Notes under the pieces: model-generated
What the model saw: only the letters and a program-made list of their open reading frames with translations
What the model was told of the DNA's origin: nothing
Databases searched by the model: none
In this document: positions 12,376 to 25,000 of the stretch, one piece after another
Numbering within the stretch: position 1 is the first letter of the stretch
Layout: the number at the start of each line of letters is the position of its first letter
Assembly: GCA_015680685.1 (NCBI GenBank)
Contig: MNCI01001491.1
Span: 7,546-71,545, forward strand
Source of the DNA: Gnetum montanum
Taxonomy: Eukaryota > Plantae > Gnetophyta
DNA length: 64,000 bases
Direction of reading: 5' to 3'
Program-made: the position numbers and the translations under genes

Positions 12376-13778
12376 CGATGGTGGACCTCCAATGGTGTTT
12401 TGTATTCTTTTTCAGTGTCTCTTGGGTCAATCCTTCAGACACCAACCAACAAAGAGGGGCCATTGAAACACCACAAAAATTTGCATGTTATAACCATTTT
12501 TTCACCGTGTAGCATTCACCCCATGAAACCTAACGTAGAACTTCATTATAAATATGAAGATTATATCCCAAGATGATCAATCTCACATATTTCATATTTT
12601 TGGTGTTGTAAAATTCCTCGTAAGTGATCAAATCCTCATTTCCAAAGTAAAAAAATTTACCTAGTATCTATATTTGGGCTTGGGGAAGTCAAAAGTGCCT
12701 TTTTGGATGCAAACAACTGGTAATTTGATGGGTTTTATGGTGGTATACATTTTTATACACTATAAACACCTATAGGGGATAAAACCTCACCTACCCCTAG
12801 CATGGAGGGGTGCCACCTTCCTCCTTAGTGTGGAAACTTTTCCCCTTAGCATAGAAACTTTACCCCTCAACATGGAAGTTTCACCCTAGTGTGGAGGCTT
12901 CACCCCCAACATAGAAACTGCATGCCTCCAATGTATAGGATCTGCCTCTAGCATAGAAGGTTTTTCCCCATTACTATTTATAGTAAATGGAATGGTCATG
13001 GGGGTTTAGCACTTACTATACATAGTAACCCTTTAAATTTGGGCACCCATCTCACCTGTATATGGTAGAAATTTGTAGCAATTTTAAACCAATTTGTGGC
13101 CCATTTCATGGCTAAAAACCTATAAAACCAAATCCCAAACATCATTTTGGCCTTCAAGGCCTATTTCAATACTTACAAAATGTAGCTTCTTAGAGCCTCC
13201 CAGCATGGAAACCCTATAACCCTTGTGATCTTGTTACCCCCTTTGTTACACCTCTAAGACTTGTGGCTTTTGGTTCCAATGCTGCACTTCTAGGATTTCC
13301 AACTTCCAACGTGGAGCATTTTTGTAACCAAATCCTCCACTCTTCTCATCCCATAGTAGTGATCCAAGTTGTAGATCTAAGGTAGTAGCAAGCAAGGTTC
13401 AACAACATCAACAGTGACTGAGCATTTGGATCATGGAGTGGATCACATTGGCTTCAATGAGCTTTGAATTCCTACCCCAATGAACCCCCTCTTGCTCTCT
13501 CATGGGCAACTCTTGTACACATTCCTAAACTTATTCTTTATTTTTTCTAATAAAGTTTTAAAATTTTAGTTTGTCTGCAATCCACTTTGCTTTTGGTTTC
13601 CATATTTGCATTCTTGTTATTTACATCATTCGTTTTGCATTTCATAAGTCCCTGGGTGATCTACTAGACCATCCAAGGCATCTTGCATTCCATTTTTTAG
13701 AGGTCCTAGGGATTCAAGGTTGAGACTACTACACCAAATCTCTCAATTTTCTAGCAATCGATTTTTCCAGTCACCAAA
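12376..13778 (+). repeat. 3' LTR of copy A (~1.4 kb)
   Basis: Homologous to 34036-35552 and to the reverse complement of 13827-14940. Contains ~21-bp CCCAGCGTGG-like tandem repeats at 12795-12960 and a TATA-like CCTATAAAA near 13120. Confidence 0.8.
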
Positions 13779-13803
13779 GAGTGGAACCAAAAAATTTGTA
13801 ATG

Positions 13804-13820
13804 CCCTCCTTCTAGTGTTA
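13804..13820 (-). promoter_or_regulatory. Primer binding site (tRNA-Asn GUU type) of inverted piece B
   Basis: The minus strand reads TAACACTAGAAGGAGGG, a deaminated TGGCGCTAGAAGGAGGG complementary to the plant tRNA-Asn 3' end (...CCCTCCTTCTAGCGCCA). Confidence 0.8.
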
Positions 13821-13826
13821 GAAAAC

Positions 13827-14940
13827 TATTACAACTAGAAAAACATGATCATTGGAAAATCAAGAGATTTAGCATAGCAGTGTCAACCTTGAATCCCTAG
13901 GGCCTCCAAAAAATGGTATCCAAGATGCCCTAGCTAGTCCAATAGATCATCCATGGACTTACAAAATACAAAACAAATGATGTAAATAACAAGAATGCAA
14001 GTCTAGAAATCAAAAGCAAAGTGGATTGCACACAAACTAAAATTTTGAAACTTTATTTAAATAAATAAAGAATAAGTACAAGGATGTGTATAAGAGTTTC
14101 CCATAAGAGAGCAAGAGGGGGCTCACTGGGGAAGGAATTTAGAGCCCATTGAAGTTGTTGTGATCCACTCCATGATCTGGATGCAAGGCCACTCCTTATG
14201 TTGTTGAACCTCCTCTACTACTTCCTTATATTTGCAACTTGGGTACTACTGGGGGATGAGAGGAGTGGGGGATTTGATTGCTCAAATGCTTCCGTTTTTC
14301 ATTTTGCAAGTGTTGCAAGAGCCCTTGAAGGCTAAAATTACTATATGCTCAAAAATGCCAAAGTGTGGAACCTGAAATTGGTGTTTGGGTTTTGGTTTTA
14401 TATGTTTTAAGCTAAGAAATGGACTAAAAATTAGTTGAAAAACTACAAATTACTACAAATTTCTACTACATACAGGTGAGATGGGTGCCCAAATTTAGGG
14501 GGTCACTATGTATAGTAAGTGTTAAACCCCCATGGCCATTTAATTTACCATAAATAGTAACAAGGGTACATCTTCTATGCTGGAGGTAGATCCTCTACAT
14601 TGGGCATTCAATATTCTATGCTAAGGTGCATGGTCAACATTGAAGTCATTAGAGTATTAAAATCTTGCTCATTGCTACTTCTATGTTGGGGGCATGTAGT
14701 TTCTATGCTGGGGGTGAAGCCTCCATGCTATGGTGAAATTTTCATGTTGAGGGATAAAGTTTCTATGCTAAGGGAAAACGTTTCCATTCTGAGTAGGAAG
14801 GTTGTACCCCTCCATGCTAGAGATAGGTGAGGTTTTATCCTCTACAGGTGTTTCCAAAGTAGAAAAGTATATACCCCCCATAAAACCCATCAAGTTGCCA
14901 TTTTTTGGCATTGCAAAAGGAATTTTTGACTTTCCCAACA
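13827..14940 (-). repeat. Inverted 5'-type LTR (piece B), 5'-truncated
   Basis: Reverse complement of ~12680-13778. Followed on the minus strand by GTTTTC and the PBS. Confidence 0.85.
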
Positions 14941-15104
14941 TTTTACTATCCTTGTTTGACATTTTGTAAGTAACTGGATGATTGGCAAGATCATCCAAAG
15001 TCCCTTAGATTCTATTTTTACATCGAGGTCCTTGGGATCCAAGGTTAAAGCTATTCCACCTAGAATTTTTAGTTTTCCAACAACCGAATTTTTCAAGTGC
15101 AATA
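14937..15104 (+). repeat. 3' end remnant of the 5' LTR of copy C
   Basis: Aligns to 35380-35552 (ACATTTTACTAT...TTTTCAAGTGCAATA). Confidence 0.8.
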
Positions 15105-15110
15105 GTTTTC

Positions 15111-15126
15111 TAGCGCTAGAAGGAGG
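15111..15126 (+). promoter_or_regulatory. Primer binding site (tRNA-Asn type) of copy C
   Basis: TAGCGCTAGAAGGAGG, 6 nt after the LTR end. Confidence 0.88.
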
Positions 15127-16279
15127 ACTTTCACCCAAATTGTACATCTAATGTTATTATCTATTTAACAACATTTCCTACACGCCAAAACCTTTGAAAC
15201 CTTCAAAACATTTTTCCAAATTTCATTAACACCCTTTTCCTTCTACCAAAACCAACACTACCACCTGTACCCCCTGCCACCAAAACCCAACATTGAGATT
15301 ACAAGTAAGTTAAATTTTGAAAACATTTTCATAATAGCTGTTGGAAATTTTAAGAATAGTGTTGATGTTCTATAAAATCCATCCTCCATTCTACTATAAA
15401 TTTGTTTTCTAGCAAAGTTAGTGTTGGTGATTCTATCATCCAAAGTTATATCCCCTCTGCTATGAAAATTTCATAGCAAGGCCAACGTGGGTGTTCACTA
15501 TAACCTTACCCAAAACCTTTGAAAAATTAAAATTTTCATATTATTTTTTTTAAAAAAATCCATACGACCCCAAGAATGTGAAGAGAGAAGTAAGATTTTT
15601 CATCTTATCCCCCTTCTCATTTTTAACCTTGGTATTGTTGGCAAGCCTAGCATGGTGGGGGTTTGACACCAAATTTTTGTCTTTTCCAGGGTAAAAGGGT
15701 ATACCCCCTTTAACAACCATCTACACTATGCAACCCAAAATCTTTGATATTCATACTCCTTTTGGCATTTTGAAAATTTCATTTGTTGGAATTTTTTTTG
15801 TGAATTAAACATTATATCTAGTAAAACTTTAACATTATCAATATGTCTTTACAACAATAAACCATCTTGCCTTTTAACTTTATTTATGTCAAGACTAGCC
15901 AACAGGCTATAAGGGTGTATGACCCCAAGGACCCCACCGTAGCTAAATGTAGGTAATCCTTAAGGCTTAAGGGACAAAGTCATGAGTTCTTAGTCATAAA
16001 TGAAGATCACTATAACTTCATATGTGTCAAGATTCAAGCTGGCATGCTGATTCCAAGGATGGAAGTAGAGGCCAAAAGGGAAGGGAGTATGAGCTCATAC
16101 ATCACAATGAGAAAGAATATATTTCTTCCCCATATGCCAAGATACCATTAACTAAGATCTATGTTCACATCCTAGCTTAATTAATTAAGATGGATGAGGA
16201 GGAGGAAAAAGCTAGCTCGAATGAGCAACAAGAGGAAGATGATGAGTTTGGGGCTAAGTATGAACATGAAAACCTCATA

Positions 16280-17640
16280 GGGGGCCTTTTTCAACAATTG
16301 ATTCCAAGATTACTGAAACACCACCAAATTCAGGCAATAGCACTTCAATGGCAAATTTTTCTAAGTGTCAATACAAGGAAAATTTTTTCTAAGCATTTGG
16401 CCCATGATCCCACTACTGGGCTATGCTCTATAGCATAGCTAGCATAGCATGCAACATAGAACCATATCTACAAAATTTTCCAAGTGTCAGAAAGCACCTA
16501 TGAAAATTTTTCTAAGTGTCTTGCTATGCTCCCATTCCTCCTACTATGCTCTTGAGCATAGCAAGCGTAGCAAAACTCTAGTGGCCAATTTGTACTAGTG
16601 TTGAGCTAGAAGTTGTCAAGCTAGCTCAACATGGAAGAGGAATTTGACAAATTTTCTAACTCTTGAAGCTACCCCTCCTGCTACGCTCTCGAGTGTAGCT
16701 AACGTAGTAAGAACAAGGACTGCAATTTTTGCCATATTTTTCTAAGTGTTCATGCTACACCTTATCCCATCTTACTAGGCTCACAAGTGTAGCAATCATA
16801 GTAGCAATGGACTTCAATTTTTTGCAAAATTTGCCTAACTATTGGGCTATGCTCCAAAGCGTAGCTAGCGTAGTAACATAGAACTACCTCCAAAAGCTCC
16901 TAGAGCTTAGCACAGGCCTTCATTCTAGCTCTAGTACTCCTCTAGCAAGCAGCATCAACAAATTTCATCCCCCTATGTTCCAAAATTGTACTTATGCTCA
17001 ATCCCACTCAAAAGAGGGGAGAACGTAGTCCTAGAGTGTAGCCTCCAAATTGCACTATTTTGCACTATTTGTAGGTACTTTTCGGTCTTGACACATGTAG
17101 TCTTAGTAGTGTAGCCATGCTTTGGCAGTCTCTTGGGGTCTATTTGAGCATACCAAAGTGTAGAAGCAATTGCTCCAGTGGTAGCATAGCAAAGGTCAGT
17201 GTAGCACCACCTACCCCTTTGCTACATGTCACTTGATCCATACTTCATGCTAACCCTAAACCTATAAATACCCCCACATTCCACACTCTAGGGGTTGGAA
17301 ATTTATTCTAGCAATGGGCATTTGAAGCATTTTTCTAGGAAATCCAAGTAGTAGTCGGCACTTTTAAGAGTACCACTTGGCACCCAAGGCACCTTAAGCA
17401 CCCTGCACACTGGAGTGTATCAACACCTTGGTAACACCTTTGCATTCCATTCAACACCGTAGCACACTATAGCTTGTAGGACACCATGACAACTGACCCA
17501 ATAGGCACAGACTTTGCAATAGATGTTATTCTTTACCCTAGGACACCCCAAAGACTGTGGCTATAGTGCTACTACACTTGTCTATACACCACGTACCTCA
17601 ACTTTCATTTGTAATTGCTACGCTTTCCATTTGGGATGGT

Positions 17641-17684
<44 letters not shown>

Positions 17685-18083
17685 CTCTTCATTTTTAAGC
17701 ATTTCTAATGCATTTTTCTTTGACATTTTAGTGTTTCATTCACATTTTCTCACCACTTTACACTTTTTCACACAATCGCACTATTAGTCTTGTGTTGAGA
17801 AACCCTACTATGCTCAAGCTTAGTTAGTCCCAGTACTAATGGGAACATTGTTAGAATGCTTAGCATTATCTCACAACATCAACGCTCACATTTTAGCTAA
17901 CTATGCCATCCCCACCCCCTCCCCCTTGCTTGATTGCACCCGATACCCCAATTATAGTTGGCAAAGTTCCTATTCGATTGACAAGAACGTCCAAGGCACT
18001 TCACCTCTATTTTCCAGCAAAGGCCCTTGTGCGAAGGTCAAGGTTGTGCACCCATGAACCCCTTAGCATTCCAGCCACCAATA
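16280..18083 (+). mobile_element. LTR-like insertion (related Tat-type LTR, solo or partial) within the gag of copy C
   Basis: Absent from the homologous D gag. Contains inverted GCTA(C/T)GCT/AGC(A/G)TAGC motifs, CTATAAATA at ~17262 and a (CT)n tract. Its 3' end CCAGCCACCAATA resembles the family LTR end. The left boundary is uncertain and no TSD was confirmed. Confidence 0.5.
17646..17681 (+). repeat. (TC)n microsatellite
   Basis: Perfect dinucleotide run of ~18 units. Confidence 0.95.
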
Positions 18084-19884
18084 GTTTTAGTTACTATAAT
18101 TACAATTCCTACCTCAACCCCCTCATCTTTTCCATGGGATAGATTCCCCAGTCCTCAACCCCTTCCTACCCTACCATGTTTGGACCCATGCCTATCATCA
18201 TAGTGCACCAAACATAATCAATTTCATAGTCTACAATCTTCCATTTTTCTATGTCTTTCACCACACATCCATAGTTTGTGTAGCCCTTTTAAATGGTTGT
18301 GACCACCACTAACCCCCTTTCCACCCAGATGGGATCCATTGTGAAACCTTAGATGATCCAAGGGTCATATACCCCCTTCATCCCCTTTGTTTCATAGATA
18401 CCAACACAAACATCATTTTCTTTGTTTAGCCCACCTACCACTATGATGACCCAACCTCTTCCCTTGGTGCCATAATTGATTATGAGGCTGCAAGCCTCCT
18501 AGAATACATTATAGCCTTTTGTATAGATCCCACAACTAATGGGAACATCCTAGGACCTAGATCAAGCTTTCCAAATGATCCAAGACCTAACCAAAAAGTT
18601 GAGGAGGCTTAATGCCTCCACTTCCTAGATAATCAAATCATGGATTTCTATCAGGATGATCCCATCAATCCTACGGTCCCACCACTAACTCTTATCCCTA
18701 GTGTCCCCATACCATAGTTCACCAAGTGCAATGACAAAGGTGATCTTGACTCCCATATCATAACCTTCTACTTCAAGTGCTTGTTACTACAAGCTTGGTC
18801 GCATACCATAACAAAAGTATTCCCTATGTCCCCTATAGGAAAAGCCCTTGATTAGTACCATGCCTTGCCAAGAGAATTCATATCATCTTTGAAATACCTA
18901 ATTTTGTAATTTCTTAACCACTTCAAATATAACTTAAAGCCTGATACCACCCTTGACTAGTTGATGAAGGTCAAGCAAGGATCCCTTGAACTGGTGCAAA
19001 CGTTTATTCAATGATGGAATGCTTTGTCAAATTAGATTCTAGAACTGATAGTTGAAACTTCCCTTCCATCTATCTTCAAGGGGATGGTTAATGATTTTAT
19101 TAAATCAAAATTATACTACCTTGACCCACGGTCACTAAGTCAATCCTTTTCCCAAACCAAAAACATAGAGGATGCTATAGAGGCTAGCAATGACGCTACC
19201 TACATAACATATAAAAACCAACATGCATAGAAGGACAAGGAGAGGGGAAGGAAAAACAATGTGGTAGTGGCCACTATAACCAAAGAAAAAAAATGATCAT
19301 CCAAGGACCAAGAACTAACCAACCCAAGGCTCCTTCTAACAACAATAACAAAAAACCCTCAAAATTTGGGGCCTTTTCATTAACTATTATGAGGCCCAAC
19401 TTTGAGCGAAAAGACTGAACCAAATACACTTGGTTACTCTTAAAGGCATATGAACTCTCATACCAACTATTAAAGAGTGGGAGGATACAATACAAAAAGA
19501 TGATCAAAAATGTCTAAAAAAGGCATGAGAGGCTATGTGAAATAGCCAAAGATCCCACCTAAGAAACTAAGGATGATTCTCTAGGTCCCAAGTATTTTAA
19601 GCTTGACCTCTTTTACCACTATCATTAGTTTCCAGGTCATGAGACTGACTCTTACCTTACTCTAAAAGATGACCTGCAAAAGATGATAGATAGGGGCAAG
19701 TTGATACTTGATACTTTTAATCTAATTAGGCCTCATAACTAGTTGATGCACATGTATAAAGACCCATTGAATGCCAATAGTAGCCCATATACCATAGTGG
19801 AATTCAATGTTAACCATAACCCAAGGCCTACAAGGGTATCATTTGTTATTTGGATACCTCCTTGTAATGTAAGAGGTCCTTCAN

Positions 19885-20077
19885 CCTTGCATTATTCTAC
19901 CCATATAGTTATTAAGAAGGAAGCCTTTGTCACCTCACTATTTTGGGGATTGGTTTTGATTTCACTATCACAAAATACTAGTGATGTTCACCTTGTTTCC
20001 CTAGGTAAAGATGGCATCATCATTGCATGGATGGATTCATCGTTAGTGGGAATGTCCTTGCTAACAATGAAGGAATT
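19885..20077 (-). other. 193-bp near-identical inverted copy of 20477-20669 bounded by single Ns (probable assembly artefact)
   Basis: N at 19884 and 20078. About one mismatch to the source, in an otherwise very old region. Confidence 0.85.
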
Positions 20078-22027
20078 NGTAATGAAGGAAGCCTATGCAA
20101 AATCCCAAGAATAAGAATGATAAGCAAGCCAACACATGGAAGGAAGTGAATCCACAAAATTCCACTTCCATCTCATTTATACCCATGACCTCTACAACCG
20201 AAGCTACTTCAACTAGTAAATCATAGGAGGATCTTAAAACCCAAAGGAAAGGAAAAGGGAAGAAGCTACAATAACCAAACAATGAATTCTACATTTTAAG
20301 ATGCATGGAGGAAGTTAAGAATAAAAATGGTGACAAGCCCATGGCCAATAAAAAAGGCTTCCTAAATGTGATGAAATAGGTTAAACAATCACTAAAATAA
20401 AAAAAATACAACACTAAGCTTGTATGACTTGGTCATGAATTCTATTGCGCATCGTGAAGTGCTGGTTAAAATGTTGAATTCCTTCCTTGTTAGCAAGGAC
20501 ATTCCCACTAACGATGAATCCATCCATGCAATGATGATGCCATCTTTACCTAGGGAAACAAGGTGAACATCACTAGTATTTTGTGATAGTGAAATCAAAA
20601 CCAATCCCCAAAATAGTGAGGTGACAAAGGCTTCCTTCTTAATAACTATATGGGTAGAATAATGCAAGGTGCATAGAGTGCATTTAAATGATGAAGCCAC
20701 AATGAACTTCATCTCTTATATCATAGTTGAACATCTAGGCTTAACTTAACATATATAATATACATCAACATTAACTCTAAAATCCTTCAATGGATCATGG
20801 GTTGCTATCAAGGGGTCTATGTCCTTAGACTTTGTGGTAGGGAAACACTTTCCAAAAACCATAGATTTCTTGGTGATGGAAGAAACACTAGAATTCAACC
20901 TAATCCTAGGAAGTCCTTGGATAGCTTAATTACAAGTTGTCTCTTCACCCATCCATCAAGAAATTCACCTACCTTACAAGGGGAATGAAATTATCATTCA
21001 TGGTGATAGTGTGGTTCTCCTAGTGGTTAAAAACATAGACATAGAGTAGGGGTCAAAAGTGGAGTTTTAAGAAGGAACTCCTAGCTACAAATTTAAGCAA
21101 TCTAATGAAGTGAAGAAGGTCAAAAACAACACTAATGGACCAGGGGATATGATATGGGTAGAGCTCCCATTTAACATCATCAACGAAGGATATGGGAAAT
21201 ACAAGCTTGTGTAAAATAGGCCATATGCATTTTCTAATCTCTTAAAGAGTAGGAGACATTTGCACAAGTGATGTATGCCCCTAATCCTCCTCCTACCCGA
21301 TGCATTTATAACCATGCAACCATATGTAGCTATAGCCCATTAGCTTAGTTTACATGTTGCCTGTTTATGTCATTTTGCTTGCTTTATGTTAAGCTTTAAT
21401 TTGCATGTAGCCTAAGAGTTTACCTTTGTTTGCATCTTTATTTATTAAAACATTTTCTTTTCTCTTTTAGTATGATAAACACAAAAAAACCTCATAAAAA
21501 TTTTAAAAATGGAAAATTCATAAAAACTTTAAAACATAAAAATAGACATACATACATACATACATATATCCTTTTGCAAGAACGTGGGGCTTGTCATGGC
21601 CTAAAACTAGCAAATCCTATGGCTCGCAATGACCTTAAACTAGCAAACAACTATTTAAATTCTTTCTTTTTTAGTTTACAACCTTATTACTTAGCCATCT
21701 CAACCTTTTTATTACATTATAACGTTATAACTGGGTTAGCCAATGTAGCCATGAACAACATTTATAATGTCAAACCATGTGACCGTAACATGAATAAAAC
21801 AAAAATACCAAAAATGATATAGCCAAAATTGAAACTTAAAATAAAATTAAAACATTTACAACATAAATAGGCATGAACACATTATATGGAAAAATGTTCA
21901 AACAATAAACAATAAATATGAAACTGTCTCCAACTAAAACTTTGGCTACACGCTAGCCATCATGACAAACAACATAAACATCAATGATCATTAACAAGAA
22001 ACAGCTAAAAATGAGCAACTGGTGATG

Positions 22028-25000
22028 CTAAGGGGCATTTGGAGGAGGAAATGGTGGATCATCCCCACCCTCACCGCTAGGATTGCTAATATCACCTTGT
22101 ACCTATAACATAACACAAAACTAATTAGCAATCAATGCATAATAAAAACTAGTCAACAACTTAAGAAAAATTAAAATAACATAAAACTAAATAGCAAATA
22201 ATCAAACCTACAATGAATTTGGAATGATAAATTCTAGGGGAATATGTTGAAGACCAACCTCCAAATCATGGAGGATTTGGTCCTTCATTAGGTGAGCCCA
22301 ATCCACATCCCCAAGATTAATTTCCATGAGGATGTTGCTCTCATCAATGTATGTCCATGTGGATGGCTCTCATGACACCGTGGAAGTAGATATATCACCC
22401 ATAGCTATAGAGACCTAAGGAATAGGAGATTTAGCCACTGTGAGAGTGCCTTCAAAGAGTTTGTAGGCACTCTTAGGTTGAATTCCCTTTATGAACAACT
22501 CCATCTTACACCATTCAGTAGTCTCCTCCTTAAGCCACTTTAGATATGCCTCACGATCAACCTTGTATTTTCTTTTATGATCTTTTTGTGCGCATCCCTA
22601 CTCTAGGACCTAGGCATAACAATCTTTTCAATCCTTTGCTTTGTAGGAGATGAGTTTCATCTATATTTTCTACTTTGGCATCTCCCTAGCAAGGGCAACT
22701 TGTCATGGATGGTGTTCTAATAGTGGGTCCATGTGATCTCCTTGGTTTGTAAGTTCTCTATGTTATCCACTTCAGCTTCCATGAAGGCCTTATGATCCTA
22801 GAGATTGGTAATCATCTGGACTTGTCTCTTGTTCTTCTCCTTTAAGGTCACAACATGCTTACATAGGAATTCACTGGACCTTTAGAACTCCCATGAAGTT
22901 TTTGCACATGAAACTGCAAGATCAATGGTAGCTTCATATAACTTCTATGGTACATTTTCAACCTCAAGAGGGAGATCTGGCAAGGAGTCAATCTCCATGT
23001 CATGAATAGGATCTCACACAACTGTAGGCACTATAAATAATATAACCATAAAATATATCCATAAGCACAATATACAACATGAATAGTCATAATGAAAAAA
23101 TTATAGCCAAATATACCTCTAAAAACCAAATAAAATAATTAAGGAAAAATAAAAAAAATCTTATCAATCTCGGAAGCAACTTGTTGCAACTGATTGATGA
23201 TGTCCTTAGCCATCTCATGCATGAATTCCACCTTGTCTAGAACCTCTACCCATGGTTTCATGCAAAACATAGGGGTAGAGGCTTCTACCTACAACTCAAG
23301 AGCTACAAGCATAAAAATCAATGAAAGGTTAGAATAAAAACTAAAACATAAAAGCATAAACTATAAAAAATATTAATAAGGCATATGCATACCTAGATCC
23401 TCCTCATCTGGGATGATAACTAGGGGTTCCCCTAGTAGTAGCTAACCAAATAGGACATCTAGGTCATCCAACCCAATGTTGGCCAACCCTTCATCCTCAT
23501 GGCACTATAGGATTACCTCCTCAATATGCCTTTACTCCTCCTCAACTGTTGTGACTTGGGCTTCTAAAAACATTCAAACATCTTAGCAAAACAACCTAAT
23601 AACCTTATAATCTTAAAAACTGAAAACATAGAAAAAAAAATCAAAATGTAGCCAAAAGTTAGCAACATACCATTAACCACATGATGAGTCCTGTCAAGCT
23701 TGAGTAGGAACATTCTCTTAGAAGGTTGTTCGGTTGCTAGTGCTACCACCATTGGCCACTTCAACTTTACACTAGCTACCTTGTCAGCCTCAACACACAA
23801 CTTCTTGGCCTTCTCAATGTTGGGCCTCTCAATGTGAGGCTCCACCCCTATGCTATCAAGGGAAAAAAATTGCCTACCACTAACTCCCTTAGTGGTGATA
23901 AACCACAATTCTCCAACCTCCCCTAGTGGGTTTTAGGTGTGGATGGTTGCATAAATGTGCTTTATCCAAGGCCTAGAAAGTTGGGATGGATCTTGGCACA
24001 CCCATCATCCATCCCTCCTCACCAAAAAGACTCTGTAAATCTCTTTGAATATGCCATGAAGAATGCATAATGTATGTGGCATATTGTGGTGAGATACTCA
24101 CAAAGATTGAGGATTTCATCATGTAACCCAGTGGCCCAGTGAGCAACCTAGTTAGACTAAGCATCTTCTTGTAAGACCTTCATCATGGTCCACACCTGAG
24201 CAACACGAATCATCTTCTTCTATGACAATAGCTTAAGGAAGGCATGAAATCAGGACAAGGGATAGAACTCCCTTGCTTCTAGCACTTGGAAATCATCAAA
24301 GGCTAACCTAGAATGACCACAATGAGCACCCGACCACACTTGTACCTCCTCACGATGGCCTACCTCCTTAGCTAGTTTGGTGGCAACCTCCTTCAGTGGA
24401 AACATTAAAGAAATCATAGAAGATAGCCTCATTAATGGGCAAGATAATTGGCACATTACGCACCTTGGTAATGAACTTAATAGCCCATTCATTGAAGGAG
24501 CCAATGATGTTCATGATCTCAATAGAAGGGATGATTAGGGTAGGTGCCATGAAAAGATCAAGTAAGCTTGCATGTGCAATGCATGCTTGAATATTTCTAG
24601 GTACTTTTTTCCTCAACCAACACTACCCTAGTTCCACCTCACTAAATCTTAGGATGAGAGTTTCCTTAGCATGCCCTAAACTTAGCAAAGTCATGCTAGA
24701 AGAGGTGGAAGGTCCTATAAGACAACAAAAATGACCAATTAGCTAAGGCATAAACACATAATCTATAACCAAGATATAACAAGAACAATAGATCAAAATT
24801 TTTAAAACACTTAGAATTAAAATAGCCTAAAATTGTGTAACCATAAAAATGTTAGTATAACTTAGCCAGAACCATGTTTTTCTTACCTTTCTTCTTCTTG
24901 CTAGATGAGGATCATGTGGAGGTCCCAATGGTGATTTATAGTTCTGGAAGATGCTTAGGGAACATCCATCAACTATGAGTCATTTTGGTGGCCACACACC

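Larger units (their letters stand above)
898..13778 (+). mobile_element. Tat/Ogre-type Ty3/gypsy element copy A, 5'-truncated (antisense gene remnant, motif array, pol, 3' LTR)
   Basis: Colinear with copy C (~24030-35552). Contains RT, RH, aRH, INT, PPT and LTR. Confidence 0.88.
15870..21271 (+). pseudogene. gag: gag-protease pseudogene of copy C (interrupted by an insertion and an N-bounded inversion)
   Basis: The N-terminus matches D ORF 61962-62291. Capsid-like domain at ~18700-19100 (KVFPMSPIGKALD*YHALP..FLNHFKYN). Tat-type Zn knuckle remnant YHQFPGHETD at ~19615. Protease remnant at ~20640-20960 (...FNLILGSPWI). Confidence 0.85.

Noticed and set aside
13804-13820. tRNA gene fragments (also 15111, 47811, 56551, 63257)
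   Set aside because: Only ~17-nt complements of tRNA 3' ends next to LTRs, i.e. primer binding sites. No cloverleaf.
19885-20077. Near-perfect 193-bp inverted duplication as a biological hairpin or inversion
   Set aside because: It is bounded by single Ns and almost identical to 20477-20669 in an ancient element, so it is most likely a scaffolding or gap-fill artefact. ORFs 19743-20114 and 20392-20712 derive from it.
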